Of a DNA stretch of 64,000 nucleotides, positions 29,414 through 37,563 are shown piece after piece (position 1 is the first letter of the stretch; every line of letters begins with the position of its first letter). This DNA is from Rhizobium sp. (GTDB lineage Bacteria; Pseudomonadota; Alphaproteobacteria; Rhizobiales; Rhizobiaceae), in assembly GCA_041675415.1 (NCBI GenBank), contig JBAYTX010000008.1, positions 2,368 through 66,367 on the forward strand, read 5' to 3'. The position numbers were made by a program, and so were the translations under genes. A model generated the notes under the pieces. That model was not told the origin of the DNA and searched no databases. It worked only from the letters and a program-made list of their open reading frames with translations.

Positions 29414-29659
29414 ATGAGCAAGCCCTGGACACAGCCCGTCATCCTCGCACTCGGTGAAGACGGCAGCGACGTGACGATCGACAGCACCGAGGCCGCCTCC
29501 TGGGCGATGATCGAGGACTGGCCGACCGAGGAAGGACCGGCGCTCGACAAGGCGCTGCTCGTCTGCATGGACGTAGTCGCCGGCAAGAAGAGCGACGAGG
29601 ATGCGCGCCGCGCCTTCATCGAGGCTGCGATGGAGGCGGGCATCGCTATCCGGACATGA
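29414..29659 (+). CDS. DUF982 domain protein
   Basis: 81 aa. The pattern (W.QPV......V.....EA..... WP......A...C...) is typical of the rhizobial DUF982 family. Confidence 0.7.
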   Translation: MSKPWTQPVILALGEDGSDVTIDSTEAASWAMIEDWPTEEGPALDKALLVCMDVVAGKKSDEDARRAFIEAAMEAGIAIRT

Positions 29660-29787
29660 GAAGTACGCCGGCCTGCCCGCCCATGACTTGATCCGGGCCG
29701 ATCGCGAGCGGCAGGAAACGGGTGGCTGCGCCGGCCTGAAGATGAAAACGATGACCTCCATATCCTGATCGGAAAAAGGAGGATCTA

Positions 29788-30558
29788 ATGGATAGCCTGA
29801 AAAACAAGGTGGCGATCGTGACGGGCGCAAGCTCGGGTATCGGCTATGCCACGGCCAGACTGTTCGCAAGCGAGGGTGCAAAAGTCGTCATCGCGGGACG
29901 CCGAACGGCGGAACTCGACGCTCTGGTCGACGAAATCGCGGCGGCTGGCGGGGAAGCCTTTGCCGTACCGGGTGACGTGCGCGATGAAGCCCACGCAAAG
30001 GAACTGGTCGACACGGCGGTGGGCCGCTATGGCGGCCTCGACATATCCTTCAACAATGCCGGATCGGTTGGCGAGATGGGGAGCATTTCCGACGTATCGC
30101 TCACCGGATGGCGCGATACGCTCGATACGAACCTGACGAGCGCTTTCCTCGGCGCGAAATATCAGGCGCCGGCCATGGCCGAACGGGGCGGCGGCTCGCT
30201 CATCTTCACCTCGACCTTTGTCGGCTACAGCGCCGGGATGGCGGGCCTGGGAGCTTACGCCGCCGCCAAATCCGGATTGATCGGGCTCGTTCAGGTCCTT
30301 GCGGCTGAACTCGGCACCAGAGCCGTCCGGGTCAATGCCGTCATCCCCGGTGGGACCGATACTCCGTCGAACTTCGTCAACGCGCCGGGTGCCACCCAGG
30401 AAACGCGCGCCTTTGTCGAAGGGCTGCATGCACTGAAGCGCATCGCGAAGCCCGAGGAGATCGCGCGATCCGTCCTGCATCTGGCGTCAGATTCGGCAAG
30501 CTTCGTCACCGGCAGCGCATTTCTTGTCGATGGCGGGGTCTCGATCAGCCGAGGCTGA
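29788..30558 (+). CDS. SDR family oxidoreductase
   Basis: TGASSGIG cofactor motif, NNAG, and the YxxxK catalytic pair (YAAAK). AAGGAGGA SD. Confidence 0.9.
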   Translation: MDSLKNKVAIVTGASSGIGYATARLFASEGAKVVIAGRRTAELDALVDEIAAAGGEAFAVPGDVRDEAHAKELVDTAVGRYGGLDISFNNAGSVGEMGSISDVSLTGWRDTLDTNLTSAFLGAKYQAPAMAERGGGSLIFTSTFVGYSAGMAGLGAYAAAKSGLIGLVQVLAAELGTRAVRVNAVIPGGTDTPSNFVNAPGATQETRAFVEGLHALKRIAKPEEIARSVLHLASDSASFVTGSAFLVDGGVSISRG

Positions 30559-30564
30559 ACGCAG

Positions 30565-33384
30565 TCATGCCAGGGCCCGCCGCTTCGCCGGCGGGCCGGC
30601 GACCAATTTCAGGATATCCTCGCTCGACTGGGGTTTGCCGAAATAATAGCCCTGCCCTTCCTCGCAGCCCATGCTGGCGAGCTGGCGCCATTCGGCCTCG
30701 CCTTCGATCCCTTCGCAGACCACCTTCGCGCCGAGACCGGAGGCAAGCGCCTTGATGGCGCAGACGATATTCCGGCTTGCCTGGTCGCTCGCGACATGAC
30801 GCACGAAGGTCTGGTCGATCTTGATCCTGTCTAGATGAAACTTGGCGATATAGCCGAGCGACGAATAGCCGGTGCCGAAATCGTCGAGCGCGATCTTCAC
30901 GCCGAGCACGCGAAGCGCCGAGAGCTGGCCGAGAACGGAATCGGCTGAATCGAGGAAGGCCGATTCGGTGATTTCGAGATGGAGGCGATCAGGTGTAAGA
31001 CCCGAGACCTGCAATGCATGCCGGACAGCGGCGACGATATCGCTACGGACGAACTGGAGCGGAGAGACATTCACTGCCACGGTCATGTGGCCGGGCCATG
31101 CCGAAGCGGCCCGGCACGCTTCCTCCAGCACCCACGCCCCGAGTTGACAAATGAAGCCGCTCGCCTCGGCGATTTCGATGAATTCCAGCGGCGGGATGAC
31201 GCCTTGTTCGGGATGCATCCAGCGGACCAGCGCTTCCGCGCCGATGACACCGCCGCTCGCAAGATCGACCTGCGGCTGATAGAGGACAAAGAACTGACCG
31301 CTCTCCAGCGCGCCCTTCATTTCCGCCTCGAGCGCCAACGCCCGCAACTGCCGCCCGGCAGAATCGGGATCATATACGCTGTAGCCCGATCCGGCAGACG
31401 CCCTTGCGCGATCGAGCGCCGCTTCGGCGCCGGCAACGAGCTGACCCGCGCTTCCGTGGGCGCCGGAGGAGCAGCATATGCCGATCCGCGCGCCAATCTC
31501 GGCGACAGAATTTCCGACAAAGAAGGGCTTGCTCAGGAGAGCGATCATCCGATCCGCGTAATCGGACGCCGAAGCGGCGCGCATGACGGCGGGAACCGCA
31601 ATGCAAAAGCCGTCGCCATCGGTGCGTCCGATCAATGCACCTTCGGGGACATCGTCCCGAAGGCGCGCGGCAACCGCCCGCAGCAGCAAATCGCCTGTCG
31701 CGCGGCCGAGGACCGTGTTGATGGCCGAGAAACGATGGAGGTTGAGGGCAAAGATCGCCCATCCGTCCATGCCGGCAGTCTCGATACGCCGCAGCAATTC
31801 ATCGCGTCGAAGCGCTCCCGTCAGTTCGTCGAACTGCGACAGGTTCTTCAGTTTTTCTTCATAGGCGCGGCGCTCGGTCATATCGCGCACAGTCAGGCAG
31901 GCGACGAACGGCCGCTCTTGCCCGTCGTCAGATCCATCCACTGTTTCAAGGACCGAAACCGTCACATGGCCTTCCAGCGCCCTGTTCTCCCCGCCCGAAA
32001 CCACCGAGAACTCGAATGGAACAGGCAGGACTCCGGCGCTGCCACGCAGGCCGCGCGCCTGTTCCAGCGCGGCGGCCATGGGCTTCGGAGCGTTTTCAGC
32101 AAAATCCATGCACATCGAACGGCAGAGATCCGCGCCGAAAATCACCTCGGCGGAACGGCTCGCCTCAAGCACCTTTCCGTTGTGATCGAGGATGATGACT
32201 GCATCTGCACTGTCATCGATCACCCGGCGCAACATCTTCTGGGAATTACGGCTTTCGAGTTGGGCGAGCCTGGCGAGCCAGCGGCCGATATCCACATTTT
32301 CGACAAGGTAGAGCAGCAATCCGGCCGCCAGGATCACCTGGAAGACCGCTGTCGGCAGGAGCAAGGCCCGCTGCGCCTGCAAGAGGAAGGCCGCCGCCTC
32401 CACCCCGGCGCTGGTGACAAACAGGAACGGCAGGAGAATCCAACCCGAGATCGAGTGCGCCGACCGGATCGAGATTACAATCAGTCCCGCCAGGGCCAGC
32501 GCATAGGGCATCGGATCGACGGGCACGGGCACCCGCCCCTGCAGCAGGGTCTCGGCACCGAGAATGTGGAGCATGGGACCATTCAGGAGCCCGTAGACCG
32601 GAACCGCGAATATGTCCTTGAGTTCCGTGGCAAAGGCGCCGATCACGACGGACTTGTCCGAAAGCTGCTCTTCGGGGATCGCCCCCGACAGCAGATCCGC
32701 CACAGAGAATACCGGAACCGTGCCCGGAGAGATGGAGAAATCGACGGAGAAATCCCCGGTGCGGGTCTCGGGCACCCCGGCAAGCAGGGCCGCGACGGAC
32801 TGTACCACCGTATCACCCAGCTTCACGCCGAGCGGGAGCGAGCGGACGACCCCGTCGGGATCCGGAACGACATTGGCGCTGGCCAGCCAGGCGACCTCTT
32901 CGAACTGCGCAAGCGGGCGAGAAACCACCGTCGTCTCATGCCCGGGATTGGCATTCTGATACTGCACGAAGGCCGGCAGCACGACCCCACCTCCAGCATC
33001 GGACAAGGATCGGGCGAGGCGGGCATCGGCTTCCGGGGTCGAACGGGCGCTGAAATCGACATCAAGGAAAATATCGCTAGCGCCGGCTTCGGCGAGCTTG
33101 TCGATAACCTCGGCATAGACGGTACGCGGCCAGGGCCAGACGCCTATCTTGTCGAGGCTCTGCTTGTCGATGGCGATGAAGACGAAGCGGTCACCGGCCG
33201 GTCTCGGAGCCTGGGCGGCACGCCATTCCGACAGGCCGAGATCGACGCTCCGGAGGAAGCCGGAAGCCGGGAGCGCGATCGGCAACAGCAGCAGGACGAG
33301 GGCCGTGAGGACACTATAGAAATTGATCCGCCCCGTGCTTGCGGCCAGTCTGCGCAGTCCTTTCACCCAGCCGGTCGAGGTCAT
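30565..33384 (-). CDS. CHASE2-PAS-GGDEF(degenerate)-EAL membrane signalling protein (c-di-GMP phosphodiesterase candidate)
   Basis: N-terminal TM, a periplasmic CHASE2-like region, then several TM segments. The GGDEF domain reads GRTDGDGF in place of RxGGDEF. The EAL domain is intact (EALVRW, DDFGTGYSSL, KIDQTFV, EGIE, QGYYF). The ATG overlaps the stop of the upstream FecR-like gene. Confidence 0.9.
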   Translation of the reverse strand: MTSTGWVKGLRRLAASTGRINFYSVLTALVLLLLPIALPASGFLRSVDLGLSEWRAAQAPRPAGDRFVFIAIDKQSLDKIGVWPWPRTVYAEVIDKLAEAGASDIFLDVDFSARSTPEADARLARSLSDAGGGVVLPAFVQYQNANPGHETTVVSRPLAQFEEVAWLASANVVPDPDGVVRSLPLGVKLGDTVVQSVAALLAGVPETRTGDFSVDFSISPGTVPVFSVADLLSGAIPEEQLSDKSVVIGAFATELKDIFAVPVYGLLNGPMLHILGAETLLQGRVPVPVDPMPYALALAGLIVISIRSAHSISGWILLPFLFVTSAGVEAAAFLLQAQRALLLPTAVFQVILAAGLLLYLVENVDIGRWLARLAQLESRNSQKMLRRVIDDSADAVIILDHNGKVLEASRSAEVIFGADLCRSMCMDFAENAPKPMAAALEQARGLRGSAGVLPVPFEFSVVSGGENRALEGHVTVSVLETVDGSDDGQERPFVACLTVRDMTERRAYEEKLKNLSQFDELTGALRRDELLRRIETAGMDGWAIFALNLHRFSAINTVLGRATGDLLLRAVAARLRDDVPEGALIGRTDGDGFCIAVPAVMRAASASDYADRMIALLSKPFFVGNSVAEIGARIGICCSSGAHGSAGQLVAGAEAALDRARASAGSGYSVYDPDSAGRQLRALALEAEMKGALESGQFFVLYQPQVDLASGGVIGAEALVRWMHPEQGVIPPLEFIEIAEASGFICQLGAWVLEEACRAASAWPGHMTVAVNVSPLQFVRSDIVAAVRHALQVSGLTPDRLHLEITESAFLDSADSVLGQLSALRVLGVKIALDDFGTGYSSLGYIAKFHLDRIKIDQTFVRHVASDQASRNIVCAIKALASGLGAKVVCEGIEGEAEWRQLASMGCEEGQGYYFGKPQSSEDILKLVAGPPAKRRALA

Positions 33385-34433
33385 CCATTGCGGCCTATCA
33401 ATGGGAACATCGGGTCGAGCATGGCTTTTTTCCCGTTTCCGTTGCCGTTCCCGTTTCCGTTGCCGTTCCCCTTGCCGTTGCCGTTTCCACCTGCGTTGCC
33501 GTTGCCGTGACCATTGCCTCCGGCGTTCCCGTTGCCATTGCCATTGCCTCCGGCGTTCCCATTGGCATTGCCATTGCCGTTATTGCCGCCGGGATTGCCA
33601 TTGCCGTTGTTGGCGGCATTGCCGTTACCGTTGCCGTTGCCGGAACCGCCCTTACCGCCATTGCCATTGTTGGAGTTGGTGTTACCGGATCCATTGTCGG
33701 CATCGTCGTCGGACGCGCCCGCGGCCGATTTCCCCGCATTCCCGGCGCGGCCATTCGTCGTGCCGTTGGTACCCATGCGGGCGGCATTGGCGCTGGCGAT
33801 GGACGCCGGAGTCTTCGGTCCCAGCACCGGCACGCTGGCCGCAGTCGGCGGAACAGACGCGACCTTGTCCTTCGGCCCGACGCCGACGACCCGCATTCCC
33901 TGGCCGCTGGTGGGATCGACCGTCACGCTCTGCCCAGGCCGCACATGCGCACGCTCGCCGCGCGCAAATCCGGTGACCTCGACAAGGCCGCGGCTGACAC
34001 TGACCGAGGCCGTGTTGCGGGTCACCGTCACGCCGAACTGGGTGCCCTTGACGACGGCTGCCAGGAAAGGCGTCTGAACGGATGTATGGGGCCTGTTGCG
34101 TGTCTCGATATCAAACAGCATGGAGCCGTACTGCGCGGCAATTTCCGTCTTGCGGACGAAGAAACCCGATGTCGTAAGCGACGCCAGGCTATTGGGCTGG
34201 AAAGTGATGCTTTCCTTGTTTCGCGTCAGCAGAAGCCGTCCGCGCGCGCCCGTCACGATCACCGCCTTGTTTGGGATCCTTGCGCCCACCTCGACCGCGG
34301 TCCAGGTCGCATTGTCGGTCGTGTATTGTACCGGCTGGCTGACCTTGGCAGCGATCCACTCCGCGCACTGTCCGGCACCCGCCGAGGCAAGAATGAAAAG
34401 CACCGCTGAACAGAATTTGACCACAAAAGACAT
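33381..34433 (-). CDS. FecR domain protein with a C-terminal Gly/Asn-rich low-complexity tail
   Basis: Signal peptide (MSFVVKFCSAVLFILASAGAGQCA), then a FecR-like beta-rich domain (ARGRLLLTR...GTQFGVTVT...VSVSRGLVEV), then about 110 aa dominated by GN repeats. ATGA overlap with the CHASE2 gene. Confidence 0.8.
   Translation of the reverse strand: MSFVVKFCSAVLFILASAGAGQCAEWIAAKVSQPVQYTTDNATWTAVEVGARIPNKAVIVTGARGRLLLTRNKESITFQPNSLASLTTSGFFVRKTEIAAQYGSMLFDIETRNRPHTSVQTPFLAAVVKGTQFGVTVTRNTASVSVSRGLVEVTGFARGERAHVRPGQSVTVDPTSGQGMRVVGVGPKDKVASVPPTAASVPVLGPKTPASIASANAARMGTNGTTNGRAGNAGKSAAGASDDDADNGSGNTNSNNGNGGKGGSGNGNGNGNAANNGNGNPGGNNGNGNANGNAGGNGNGNGNAGGNGHGNGNAGGNGNGKGNGNGNGNGNGNGKKAMLDPMFPLIGRNG
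33424..33775. repeat. imperfect short tandem repeats encoding the (Gly-Asn)n tract
   Basis: The plus strand is a run of GTTGCC/ATTGCC/GTTTCC units. It includes a 30-bp tandem duplication (33511-33540 versus 33541-33570) with 2 mismatches. Confidence 0.8.
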
Positions 34434-34641
34434 AGCATCCCCCAATATCCGGCTCATTGAAGGAAAAAACCCCTTAATCTTCAGTGAAGACAAGGCCCCG
34501 TCTGTAATCGTGACTAAGGGATCATGAATGCAATGGCGCGCTAAAATAAAATGAGGGATTCAGGAAAGAGCGCCGGGAACGGGCCTGTGGTGAACAGGCC
34601 ATCCGTCTGGCGCCAGCGGGCCTTCAGCGCGGCGGCGCGTC

Positions 34642-35958
34642 TCACAAGGCAGCGTTCGAAAGTCCCGGGATCTCGATACCGAAGGTATGCAACAAGAGCA
34701 CGAGGTTCAGCATCAGAACAATCGTCGTCCCGATCGCCGCGAGCGTGCGCATCAACTTGCCGCTCACGTATGCACCCATGATATCGGCCCTGCTCGTGAA
34801 GAGAACAAGCGCTACCATCGGAACCGGCAGGGAAATGCTGAGGATGACCTGACTGATGACCAGCGCCTTCGTCGCGTTGACCCCAAGGGCCACGATCACG
34901 AAGGCGGGCGCCATCGTTATGAGGCGGCGTAGCCAGATCGGAATACGGAAGTTGACGAAGCCCTGCATGATGATCTGTCCGGCCATCGTGCCGACGACCG
35001 AGCTGGACACTCCCGACGCGATCAGCGAGACCAGAAAGGCCGCGGCCGCGGCCCCGCCCAGAAGCGGCGTCAGCGAATGATAGGCGGTCTCGATCTCCGC
35101 GACCTCGCTGTGCCCGGCGTGAAAGGCGCTGGCGGCCATCATCACCATCGCGGCGTTGATCATCCCCGCCACACCGAGGGCAATGACGACCTCGATATTG
35201 GAGTAACGCAGGAGCCTGCGCCGATCATCCTCGTTGTGGATCACGATGCGGTCCTGGGTAAGGCCCGAATGCAGGTAGATCGCATGGGGCATGACGGTGG
35301 CGCCGATGATGCCCACCGAGATCATCAGCGCCGTGGTATCGGGGATCTGCGGAACGACGAAGCCCATGGCGGCATCGCCCCATGCAATAGGCGCGATGAA
35401 AAGCTCCAGCAGATAGCAAAGCCCGATCACCCCGATGAGCGCACCGATGATCAGTTCCATCGGACGGAAGCCGCGGCCCTCGAAAAGCAGGATACCATAG
35501 GTGACGACGGCGGTGACGGCCATGCCGGCCATCAGCGGCATATCGAACAGGAGCGCGAGCCCGATCGCACCGCCCAAGAATTCCGCCAGATCCGTGGCCA
35601 TCGCCGCAATCTCGCTGACGCCCCACATCACCCAGACGACGGGTTTGGGGAAATGGTCGCGGCACATCTCCGCCAGATTGAGCCCCGTCACGATGCCGAG
35701 CTTGGCTGAAAGCGCCTGAAACAGCATGGCGATGAGATTTGCCATGAGCACCACCCACAGAAGGGTGAAGCCGTAGCCGGCCCCGGCCTGGATGTTCGTC
35801 GCATAATTGCCGGGATCCATATAGGCGATGGACGCAATGATCGCCGGCCCCGCGAAAAGCAGCGCCGACCTGGGGCCGCTTCGCCGGCCCGCGAACACAT
35901 CCGCCACGCCGCTTCGCGTGCGGCCCGTCAAGGATTTATCGGAACCCACTGTCTTCAC
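34642..35958 (-). CDS. mntH: Nramp family divalent metal (Mn2+)/proton symporter
   Basis: 438 aa with the conserved AYMDPGN motif near the N-terminus and about 11 TM segments. GTG start (no upstream ATG) with GAGG 8 nt upstream. Confidence 0.9.
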   Translation of the reverse strand: MKTVGSDKSLTGRTRSGVADVFAGRRSGPRSALLFAGPAIIASIAYMDPGNYATNIQAGAGYGFTLLWVVLMANLIAMLFQALSAKLGIVTGLNLAEMCRDHFPKPVVWVMWGVSEIAAMATDLAEFLGGAIGLALLFDMPLMAGMAVTAVVTYGILLFEGRGFRPMELIIGALIGVIGLCYLLELFIAPIAWGDAAMGFVVPQIPDTTALMISVGIIGATVMPHAIYLHSGLTQDRIVIHNEDDRRRLLRYSNIEVVIALGVAGMINAAMVMMAASAFHAGHSEVAEIETAYHSLTPLLGGAAAAAFLVSLIASGVSSSVVGTMAGQIIMQGFVNFRIPIWLRRLITMAPAFVIVALGVNATKALVISQVILSISLPVPMVALVLFTSRADIMGAYVSGKLMRTLAAIGTTIVLMLNLVLLLHTFGIEIPGLSNAAL

Positions 35959-35988
35959 CGGATGCGCCTCTGATTGCCCGTGGCAGCC

Positions 35989-36010
35989 TGATTAAGCCAA
36001 GGCTACACTT
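35989..36010. promoter_or_regulatory. candidate MntR box in the mntH-mntR divergent region
   Basis: TGATTAAGCCAAGGCTACACTT contains AAGCCAAGGCTA. From memory that is close to the E. coli MntR operator core TAGCAAAGGCTA. The dyad is imperfect. Confidence 0.35.
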
Positions 36011-36161
36011 TTGTCAATTTGGATCAGCATGAAGCCATTTCTTGACCCGGCAGGTCTTCCCGTGTTTACAATGACGAGTCGTGGCTTTATGCCTTGCCCG
36101 GAATTTGACTTCGCGATGCCGCACCTGGTTCTGGCCGGCAATGCCAATCTGGAACGCACCG

Positions 36162-36599
36162 ATGTCCGAGGAAAAAACTCCAGATCACGATATGCCTGCC
36201 CAGGCCGAGCGCTTCACCCGAGCCAGAACGGCGCAATCGCACGCGCTTCTCGAAGACTATACCGAGATGATCGACGACCTTATCCGCGAACATGGAGAAG
36301 CGCGGGTCACCGACATCGCACGCCAGCTGGGCGTGACTCACCCGACGGCAGCCAAGGCGATTGCCCGTCTCAAGCGCGAAGGGCTGGCCGTGTCGCGGCC
36401 CTATCGCGGCGTCTTCCTCACCGAAGCCGGCGTGGGAATGGCGGAGCGCGCGCGCACGCGGCACCGCGTCGTCATCGATGTCCTCGTGTCGATCGGCGTG
36501 CCGGCGGATGCCGCCGAGATCGACGCGGAAGGCATCGAACACCATGTCTCCGACGAGACCCTTGCGGCCTTCGAGGCGTTCCTGCGACGCAAGCGCTGA
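36162..36599 (+). CDS. mntR: manganese-responsive DtxR-family regulator
   Basis: Collinear with E. coli MntR from memory: DDY.E.I.DLIRE.GEAR..D.A..LGV..PT.AK...RL and DAEG.EHHVS.ETL.AF. 145 aa from the ATG at 36162. Confidence 0.85.
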   Translation: MSEEKTPDHDMPAQAERFTRARTAQSHALLEDYTEMIDDLIREHGEARVTDIARQLGVTHPTAAKAIARLKREGLAVSRPYRGVFLTEAGVGMAERARTRHRVVIDVLVSIGVPADAAEIDAEGIEHHVSDETLAAFEAFLRRKR

Positions 36600-36611
36600 C
36601 GCGGATTGCAC

Positions 36612-36647
36612 GGCCCCTCCCCGCGTTTGCCACATGAGGGGCCTTTT
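36612..36647 (+). terminator. terminator candidate after mntR
   Basis: GGCCCCTC ... GAGGGGCC 8-bp stem with a 16-nt loop, followed by TTTT. Confidence 0.4.
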
Positions 36648-36666
36648 CAAGCCAAGGAGATTTTTC

Positions 36667-36900
36667 ATGGACATCGGCGCCCGCCACGGCAAGACGGCGG
36701 CTCAAGTTGCGCTGCGCTGGCTGGTCCAGCAGCAGAGCGTCGCGGCGCTGACCAAGACCGCGACCGAAAGCCGGCTCGCGGAAAATTTTGCCGTCTTCGA
36801 TTTCTCGCTCGACGGCGACGAAATGGGCGCAATCTCAGGGCTCGCCAGACCCGACGGGCGGATCGTCAACCCGGGGCATCTCGCGCCCAAGTGGGATTGA
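36667..36900 (+). pseudogene. 5'-truncated aldo/keto reductase remnant (last ~77 codons only)
   Basis: HGKTAAQVALRWLVQQ....L.K....SRLAENFAVFDFSL..DEM..I matches only the C-terminal end of roughly 275-aa AKRs. No AKR-like sequence lies upstream in any frame. The remnant retains an ATG with an AAGGAG SD. Confidence 0.6.
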
Positions 36901-36951
36901 GGGGGGGGGAATGCTGCGGAGTATCAGAACAGTGCTACGCCAACCAAAGCA

Positions 36952-37563
36952 TCACATGTAGCTTCTTAAAAAGTCGCGACCAACATGCGCTAGCGCAATA
37001 AACGATGGCGCCATCGTCAATGCCAGTCCGGATGAAAAAAGAGAAAACACAATAATTCTAAATGCGCACCTCGATCTGTCTTTTGCTTCAAAAAAATTTC
37101 GCAAGGTGAATAATTTCGCCGCCTGCTGCGGCTGGTTACCAACACCTGCCGAAATCGCATTTTTGTAGAGCTTAGCCTCTTCTTCTACAACCGATCCCAA
37201 TTCGACATGCTGCAAGATAAACTGCAACTTCTGCGACAACTCCGACGCTGTAACAATCGATTGAGCTCGCTCAACATAGTCGTCCGCCGAATTGAATCTC
37301 TTCGCGATTTCCGGCGAGGTTACTTGAAATATAAACGATCCAAGACCGAATAAAAATAGACCAAAATACAATAAATAAAACCCAATTCCTAGTTTGATTT
37401 CGGAATTGACACCCATTCCGGTGAATGGCGAAATGAACCTCGCCACCTCATCCTGCAATAGTAAAATGTATCCTATAAATGGCATCAGTATTGAAAATTT
37501 AGATACAGGAGATCTGCCGATAGAACCAAGGGCTGACCAGGTAATCTCGTAACAGAGTCTCAT
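36952..37563 (-). CDS. membrane protein of unknown family (3 predicted TM helices), second gene of the AT-rich islet operon
   Basis: 203 aa from the ATG at complement 37561-37563, which overlaps the upstream stop as ATGA. Hydrophobic helices are FSILMPFIGYILLL, IKLGIGFYLLYFGLFLFGLGSFIF and FRIIVFSLFSSGLALTMAPSFIALA, with a charged helical segment between TM2 and TM3. AT-rich codon usage unlike the host. Confidence 0.65.
   Translation of the reverse strand: MRLCYEITWSALGSIGRSPVSKFSILMPFIGYILLLQDEVARFISPFTGMGVNSEIKLGIGFYLLYFGLFLFGLGSFIFQVTSPEIAKRFNSADDYVERAQSIVTASELSQKLQFILQHVELGSVVEEEAKLYKNAISAGVGNQPQQAAKLFTLRNFFEAKDRSRCAFRIIVFSLFSSGLALTMAPSFIALAHVGRDFLRSYM

Noticed and set aside
30979-33510. 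843-aa plus-strand ORF opposite the CHASE2-GGDEF-EAL gene.
   Set aside because: Antisense shadow ORF with no motifs. The minus-strand gene has intact EAL motifs.
33424-33775. Possibility that the short tandem repeats represent a CRISPR array.
   Set aside because: The units are 6-30 nt, contiguous without unique spacers, lie in-frame within a coding sequence, and no cas genes are present in the window.
33323-34409. Plus-strand ORFs rich in Cys/Arg/His or Ala/Val/Gly/Ile repeats over the GN-repeat region, which look like exotic repeat proteins.
   Set aside because: They are mirror-frame translations of the minus-strand (Gly-Asn)n repeat. The minus-strand reading has a signal peptide, a FecR-like domain, an SD and ATGA coupling to the next gene.
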